Below the pieces are notes generated by a model. The model saw only the letters and a program-made list of their open reading frames with translations, was not told the origin of the DNA and ran no database searches. This document shows positions 56,538 through 64,000 of a DNA stretch of 64,000 bases, piece after piece. The stretch's first letter is position 1. Each line of letters starts with the position of its first letter. Source of the stretch: Hormiphora californensis (Eukaryota > Animalia > Ctenophora); NCBI GenBank assembly GCA_020137815.1, contig CM035356.1:1302001-1366000 (forward strand), in the 5' to 3' direction. A program made the translations under genes and the position numbers.

Positions 56538-59500
56538 ATGGCTAAAGGGTTGGCAGGAGAAGCCATTGCAAAATGGAACCAAGGTTTGGAGCTGTACGCT
56601 GCCGCAGACTACCCTGGCAGTCTAAAGATTCTGAAGGAGCTAGCAAATGATATGGGAAATGCAAAGGTAAATCGAGATATCAGATGTGCAGCATCGAATG
56701 AATTAGCTGAATTTCACATTTGATGATGATCAAATTGATCTGTAAGTGTACAACACAATTCCCAGGTACTATTTGATGTCGCGGTTGTGACGAGAAAGAT
56801 GTCCGATCAACCTGGATCTATTGCGGCACTGAAGCAGACAATAGAGATTGATAATCACTTGGCAGTGGCCCATTTTCTCCTTGGTATCGTGTACTGCCAA
56901 AACAAGAAAACTATGGGAGATGCACCTGCCTGTTTCTCAAGGGTAATCACTAATCAGGGCGTGTCCATCTGATAATAAAATACTCCCCGAGTCGAGGACC
57001 CACTTTCCCTCCAATTTCCCGTATTCCGCAATCCATTATTCGAATACTCCATAGGCAGCAGATGAGATCAAATTGCGGAAGGAGATAAGTTATGCTCAAC
57101 TAGGACTCAGGTACAGGCTACACAAGGGAGCTTGCCAGTACAACGCTGCATGGGCTCACTGGACCCTTGGGAATGTAAGTGATGAATGATGATATTCTGT
57201 TTTCCGAAATTCGGAAATTATCATATAAGACCGGATTAGATTCCGGATTAGATTCCGTCTCGTGAGAGGGAAATGTAATTGTAAATATTACTGGAGGTTA
57301 GGTTATCGGCCATTCGGCCACAAAGACTAAAGAGGTATGAGGAATTCCTACGAGATCTCTTTCTTGCACTTGCATATTTTCGGGGGGGGGGGGGGGGGGG
57401 GCCGGCTGAAGTTTTTGAAGTTTTTGAAGTCAACTTCAAAAACTTCAAAGAGAAACTTAGGGTGGAAAACTTCAAAAACTTCAAAAACTTCAAAAACTCA
57501 TATCTCCTAAACCGTTGGAGATAGGCCCTATGTTGCTTCATAACTCTTATATAAACTTGCATATTCCGAACAAGATACACCCCTTTAAAATGCCTATAGT
57601 CACCCATAAACCATAAAAACTGGTCTAGCCAAAAAAAAGTCATGTGCACACACAAAATTATGAAAATATCCCATTATCCCTCGAAGGCCGCTGATGATTT
57701 TGGTGTCAATATTTTTTTCACTACTCCCTTCATAAAAAATTTGCATTTTGTGAAACTGGAAAAAAGGGTGTGGCCCCAAAAAAAATTTTGAAAACTTACT
57801 TCATAATTTTTAAACACTTTCTAAGAATTTCTAGGCAATTTTTTGAGTTATAGAATGAAAATAAAATCTGTTTTTACAAAAAATTTAAATTTTTTACACC
57901 AAATTGTACCACGGATTTCATGGCTAGGAATCATTGTAAATATCCTATGCTAATTTGTGGTAGAAAAAGGGCAGACAAGGACGGACAACTTTGCCACAAT
58001 ATGTATTAAGCAAGAAACTAACCTAAACAAGTGTAATAATAGTCACTGATAGCATATAAAAGCAGTTTAGAGTTTTTGAAGTTTTTGAAGTCAACTTCAA
58101 AAACTCAAAAAGTAGGGTGGAAAACTTCACACTTCAAAAACTTCAGCCGGCCCCCCCCCCCATATTTTCATCCAGTTGTGCTTGTCTGATGTCAATTCCA
58201 TAATTATATTTATCTGTAGGCTGGCCCGGCACGTGAATGGATAGGTAGAGCAGTGGAGACGATCGCAGGAGAGACAGGTTTCAAGGATGCAAATTTGGTC
58301 AACGACCTGAATGATGCAATTACCAAAAACGTAACAAAAAACTGAACAAACTTAATCATGTTAATTTGCTTTCATTATCATTTAAATAATCGACTAATTA
58401 ATATCCTTGTTTTTAGAAACGAAAGCGAATTAGCTTTATTGACATGGCTGATGGCCTGGTGTTTGCACCTCCAAGATCCAAGGTTGCCAATGTTGGGATC
58501 AGGAATTATGAGGGGCAGGCCAAACTACTAGGAAAGAGCAGTGACGCAGCAGATAGTTCCACAATATTTGAAGGGGAATCTCAAATGGTAATGGGTCCGG
58601 GGTAGTGGCCTGGTAGTGGTAAAATAACGTGTACACTTGCTGCAAACCAATGGAAAGGTTGGTCATGTTCGATGTTTGTAACTTATTCGCTCCCCAGAAA
58701 CTAAAAGGTACAAGGGTTCGAGTTGATTTCACCCACGTGGCAATAAAGAGCCTGGCAAAGTACACAGATCAGGTCTCCATTGGCCACAAGTTTAATGATG
58801 TGAAGAGAGTGGCGGGCATGGTTACTTGTATGAACATTGACACCGAAAAGGTACATATGAACACTAACAGTCAGTAGATTCTATAACTTCTAGAATCATC
58901 ACTATTCTGATTTTTGCTTCGTACCACTACCGTTCTTTTCTCCTAAATCTAACGAATTCCCTGTTTTCACACAGAAAGTAGAGATGTCGGAGAGAGATTT
59001 TGATTCGATCATGAAGGAATTTGAGCATATGAAGAAGAATAATCTGCACGGCATCCAGAAACCTAAAGAGCTTCAAGAGCTGGAGGAAGAGAACTCGAAG
59101 TTCAAAAACTTCAAACTTCCACTCATTGGAAAGAAATCCGCCCCTAAAAGACTGGAAATTACTAGAACGTAAGAGCGTTGGCCATTTAGTTCATACCATG
59201 GAGTAGACATCCAGCCTTTGCCTAATAACTTCTCCGCCCCATACAGTGACCAGGTGACCGTGGTTCAAGGCGGACCCCCTTCCTCTGGATTTTCCGGCAG
59301 AGGAGCTCTTCCTACTGTACCCTCTGCTGCAGGTAAAATGTGATTCTCTACCTTCCACTCCCTCCTCCCTCCCTCACTTTCTATCCCCTCCCTCACTTTC
59401 TCTACCCCTCTCTTTCACTCCCTCACTCTCCCTCCCTCCTTCTCCCAGGTAGAGCAGCTAACGACCCAGTTTATGACGATATTGATGAGTTTGAAGCACA

Positions 59501-59769
59501 ATTCATGGCCTCTCAACCAGAATACGCTAACACAATGGCAGAGGTAAGGGGGGGGGGTCATGTGGTTGTCGAAACTTCCCAATAAGTTTGATCCTGCTGG
59601 TCACACAGCTACCTTTCCACCATTGCTTGTTACCCCTAAATAATCAATGTTCCCACTATTGCAGGATGATGATGTGTACGCCAACAATGATCTAAGAGAC
59701 GCCCCTGATGCCCGTCCTAACCCAGCTATTCCACCCCGACCTAAACCGAGGGTATTCGGAAGGAATTAA
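56538..59769 (+). CDS. NADPH-oxidase activator p67phox/NOXA1/NoxR-like, about 446 aa. Exons: 56538-56666, 56766-56942, 57055-57174, 58220-58330, 58417-58587, 58698-58850, 58975-59168, 59247-59332, 59449-59543, 59665-59769
   Basis: All ten exons GT-AG and in phase. EAIAKWNQG, DNHLAVAHFLLG, ISYAQLGLRYRL..YNAAW and VFAPPRSKVAN..RNYEGQAKLL correspond to p67phox EAISLWNEG, DKHLAVAYFQRG, IDYKILGLQFKL and LFRPNERQVAQL..KDYLGKATVV. Confidence 0.85.
57382..58160. mobile_element. MITE with G-run/C-run ends, probably interrupted by a second insertion
   Basis: (g)n ccggctgaagtttttgaag ... cttcaaaaacttcagccgg (c)n; internal segment repeated at about 57420-57500 and 58072-58140. Confidence 0.65.
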
Positions 59770-60099
59770 CGTGTGTCCAGTAACGTATTGCTAGTCGGAG
59801 AGATGAAGTAGAGAACGGGAGATACGGGGGATAATAAACAATGTCGGGGACAACTTAGACTCAGAGATTTTGTTTGAAAAAGCAAGCAATGCTGTTTAAA
59901 ATTTGTGACACATTACTTTTCACAAGCAGCTGTACAGTTGTACTAGATTCTTTCTCTCCTTACAGAGAAATGAAATCCTTCTTAAAATCGTAAATCAAAT
60001 GGGAACCAAAAAGTCTCGATCAGTTCTAATAACTTTGTTGTATCAATAAATGAAAGTGTCTTTTTCTCATTTAACATCCCTAGTACCTACCTCAAATTA

Positions 60100-61730
60100 T
60101 CAGGCAGCAATTTTCTGCATCGGAGGGACGACTGTAACTTGTTCTAATCGTGAGCACTCCTGCTGATTGCCACTCATGTTTAGGGGCGCTTGCTGAAGGA
60201 GAGAATTGATTAGAAATGGGGACCAAATACAGGTTGAGTTGAAGTCTGTTCTCTATCCAACGAAATCATACCTGCATTTTTTGGAGCAGTTCAACTGTCC
60301 TTGGGATGGATCCATAAGTGCTGTTTGCAGTTCGATAGCTCACAGGAATGGACGCCGTCCGTACAGTGTATGATCCTGAAACATTACCAACTTGTTACCA
60401 TAGAAACATAACAATCTGTTTACATTTCCGTCGCAGCAGCTGTACTCAGATTACTAAGAATAGCTGAACTCATGAGGTGTGTACCAAATTCCGCTCTGTT
60501 GGATCACCTGTTGCTAGAGCGACGCGCGCGCCTATTTAGTCCAGAGTCATCGCGCCCTCCAAACAAGTCCCACACGCGCGACGGAGTGTGTCACTGTGTC
60601 ACAATTCTGCACAGTGCACAGTTCTGCAGCAGAAACCATAGGCTTTTAAAAAATATGCAAAAATAATAATGACTACTAGAAGTTGCTTGTTGCCTGGATT
60701 AGTAAATGAATGGCCTTTTGCAGGAAACCTGCATAATTAAAACCACAATTCACAAAACTACAACTCCCTAGATTTGACTTTTTAACTCTCCAACAAGCAA
60801 GAATTTAAACACACTTTGACATATAACTCACAGAGCAGCACTAATACGATCCAAAAACTATTTATTGAGCAAGCAGCAAGTTATGAATTCACGCAGCACA
60901 TCATGAAATCACATTAATTAGAGAGGCACGGTCCACGGAAACTACCATATCAGTACAAGGTTGGAGCATCTCTTCCCATCCCCATCACGGTACCAAGCAT
61001 CCATCAAATGCTGTAAGTTCCTACGCAATGGGATCCCTAAGGGGACTCACTGTTTGTCGGGTTTTTCTAGATGTGTCACCCCGAGAGTCATGCGCATGTG
61101 AAATTTACATTTGGATCACGCGCACAGCACCTTAAGAATAATAAATATAGGTGACGCGCAAAAACAATCCGCGCACGAGAGTTGGGTTGACAACATCAAA
61201 TTCGACAATCTTTTCGTCCGGAGCGGAGTGGTGCTTTCTTCAGGGGGATGCTGGACTGTATGGTAGCGCTAGAAACTGGGTGCAGTGTTGTGAGTGCCGG
61301 GGCCAAGGCTGTGATCAGGGTTGGGATCTGTCTGGCGCCGCGACCCATCTGAGCGCACTGTCGCGCCAATTTGAGAATCAAATTGGGGTCTGGCGCCGCC
61401 AGACAGGTTGGGATTGGTTAGATTTTTTTTTTTTTTTTTTGCAAAATACAGCGTATCCGGAAACTTTTCCGCTACGGCGCCCTAATCACCCAAGTTCGCT
61501 GTGTGAATACTGAACTTTTGTCGGACCCTATTGTTGTTTAAAATTAAATTAGTAACTCCATAAAGCCCTTGAATCAATTAGTGCCCCGTCATAACCTACT
61601 AACCTAGATCTAAATTAAATTACCTTTTCGGGTGATGAGTATTGGATGGGTATTGGATGGGGCCACCTTTGCGCTTGCCAGCGGAATGCTCCATGGCCCC
61701 CAGACCCCTCCTGCCAATCTATATCCTAGT

Positions 61731-61816
<86 letters not shown>

Positions 61817-64000
61817 TCGCATAAGCTCCTTACCACTATCTTACTCTACTTTTCTTCTTCTTTCTCTCCCACTCTTCTTTCCCCGTCTCTTGTCTCTCTA
61901 CCTCCTTGTGGTAACACTGCTCCCCTATCACCCCACCTCTTTTACTCTACGTTTCATCATCTGGGAATACCACACTTGACAGGGTGCAGTCTTGACCACA
62001 CTGCACAGATCAATCGGTATATTAATATTATCAATTGATTTGGGCTCCGCGCACCATAGGCTCAAAATGAGAGGTCAAGACGGCCCTGTTTAAGTTCCCC
62101 CCGCTAGCCAAGCGATGTATAGGATGTGCCGTTGTACCAGACGCCGGACCAAACTTTGTTTGCCTAAGTTGGGTATTCACTTTGTTGGTCACTCCTGGAT
62201 ACCAGAATCCAGGTGTGACCAGGATGACCAGCGCCGGGCCGAGAAGGCACTGGGGGCAAACAAGGGGCATTGGGAGTTTCGTAGTTTCACAAAGGGCCCC
62301 AACATAGCGCTAGCCTTCGGTGACACTAAGGACGCGGAGAGGTCGCGAGAAAAAAAAAAAAAAAAAAAGAATAGCTGAACTCATGAGGTGTGTACCAAAT
62401 TCCGCTCTGTTGGATCACCTGTTGCTAGAGCGACGCGCGCGCCTATTTAGTCCAGAGTCATCGCGCCCTCCAAACAAGTCCCACACGCGCGACGGAGTGT
62501 GTCACTGTGTCACAATTCTGCACAGTGCACAGTTCTGCAGCAGAAACCATAGGCTTTTAAAAAATATGCAAAAATAATAATGACTACTAGAAGTTGCTTG
62601 TTGCATGGATTAGTAAATGAATGGCCTTTTGCAGGAAACCTGCATAATTAAAACCACAATTCACAAAACTACAACTCCCTAGATTTGACTTTTTAACTCT
62701 CCAACAAGCAAGAATTTAAACACACTTTGACATATAACTCACAGAGCAGCACTAATACGATCCAGACTTACGTGGAATTTTAGACATCGTTACAGCACGT
62801 GGTAGTTCCCTGGCCAGATTAATGCCACTGTGTGGGACATGGATGGCAGTCTTGGGCTTCATTTGTCGAGTTACTTCAGTTTTAAAAACCATCGTGTCCA
62901 CCATGGATTTGTTGTGGATGTTCTTAACTAGCTGGATGTCGTCTGTACCGTGTCCCCAGGCCTTGGGGTAACCTGGGGGAATATGAAATTACATAAATAC
63001 TGTACTAGAGAGGGTCTAGTACTGCTGTCTGCTGCAGCAGGGGAATCTTTCATGTGTCATTTCAATATTGAGGGCCCTCTAGAAATTGGAATTGTCTCAT
63101 TACAAGAATGTCTGTCCTATTTGCACCGAACCGTGAAGGATCAAGGACCTACCCTCGCAGTCCCAATATGTAGCAGCATCCTTGGCTGGGTATCCCAACA
63201 GCTCATTGTGGGCGAAGGGGCGGTGGGTCGCCTGGCTGGTTGTGGCATATGGGTCCAACCTCTTTAGCACTTGTCGATCAATGTTGTAGTAGACAGTTCC
63301 CGCGAATTTCTTGTTTTGGGACATCGGGATCATTTTCTGAGAGGGGGAGAGAGTGAGGGTCAGAGAAGTGTGTGCATGTCCTCTCAAATCAGTGTTCTCA
63401 TGCTGCGTGCAATTGAGTAATCTATAGATCTGAAGTGGTGGTGGCCTGCTGCAGCTGCTTTGACGTGCATGAAAAGTGTAGAGGGAGGATGAAAAATAGA
63501 CAGAGAAATGAAAAACAAATCCAACTCTTGAAGAATGAAGATTTTACATTGGACATCATTCATTACTACTACTACTTGAAGTACACGATAGAACAATATG
63601 ATTCTGTACGATAGTCCTTCTCTTTCTCTCTCAAGATTACTAGTTGAGTTACTAACCTTGCTAGGTCCATTTGTATCGTGATCACGAAGATGGAAAGATT
63701 GGGGATCAGCATTTGGTATTTCCATCTTGGGGAGCCCCCTGTACTGATCTTGTGCTTCAGAGAGTTGGTTTCTGAGAGAGGGATCTCAATTACACATGAT
63801 ACAATGGTACTGATTTGTAAAAACTAAACTAATCGGGGGAGAATACTGTCAGTATGAATTAGTTTTTATAGAATGCATGGTAACTTGGATAATCACCTAC
63901 CCCATAGTCAATGGAGCTCTCCATCTCCTCTCATCGAGTCTCTTAGTAAAGTCCTGAATGTAGGAAACCTTTTCCAAACCGGGTGCTCGTTTATAGTTGG
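60100..64000 (-). CDS. Uncharacterised spliced gene, 3' part. Exons approx: 64000-63901, 63771-63657, 63337-63152, 62971-62772, 60375-60272, 60192-60100; possibly a ciliary microtubule-inner-protein type
   Basis: Phase-consistent chain ..DHDTNGPSK|KMIP..RLDPYATTSQATHRPF..YWDCE|GYPKAWGHG..SKIP|RSYTVR..YRTANSTYG..MQ|QAPL..KIAA*. Short Y.TT motifs suggest a MIP (weak inference). Confidence 0.7.
60457..62764 (+). repeat. 397-bp direct duplication (60457-60853 and 62368-62764) flanking a 1.5-kb insert that ends in poly(A)
   Basis: Copies offset by 1911 bp and differ by about one base; A-run at 62350-62368. Confidence 0.9.

Overview
Eukaryotic (animal) genomic DNA, probably ctenophore; that is inferred from an Epsilon-type iGluR, many short introns and heavy gene nesting. 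Left to right: the 3' end of ETHE1, then a 14-exon BTB-BACK-Kelch gene spanning 1.1-44.3 kb (+). Its introns host an intronless, highly divergent bHLH-PAS gene, a small spliced gene resembling a transposase N-terminal domain, a 5'-truncated L2/CR1 LINE, and an entire antisense iGluR gene. An intron of that iGluR in turn holds an intronless SRCR gene and nested MITEs. Kelch exon 9 is split by a 6.2-kb non-autonomous Polinton/Maverick-like element (6-bp TSD, AG..CT ends, 304-bp TIRs) whose interior is a rearranged fold-back cassette. To the right lie a duplicated 51-bp satellite, an OXR1/NCOA7-like LysM-GRAM-TLDc gene (-), a palindromic TTAA MITE, a p67phox/NoxR-like gene lacking SH3 domains (+) and an uncharacterised gene (-). 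Several genes carry 1-nt indels in short homopolymers, probably assembly errors. All calls were made by eye, with no database searches.
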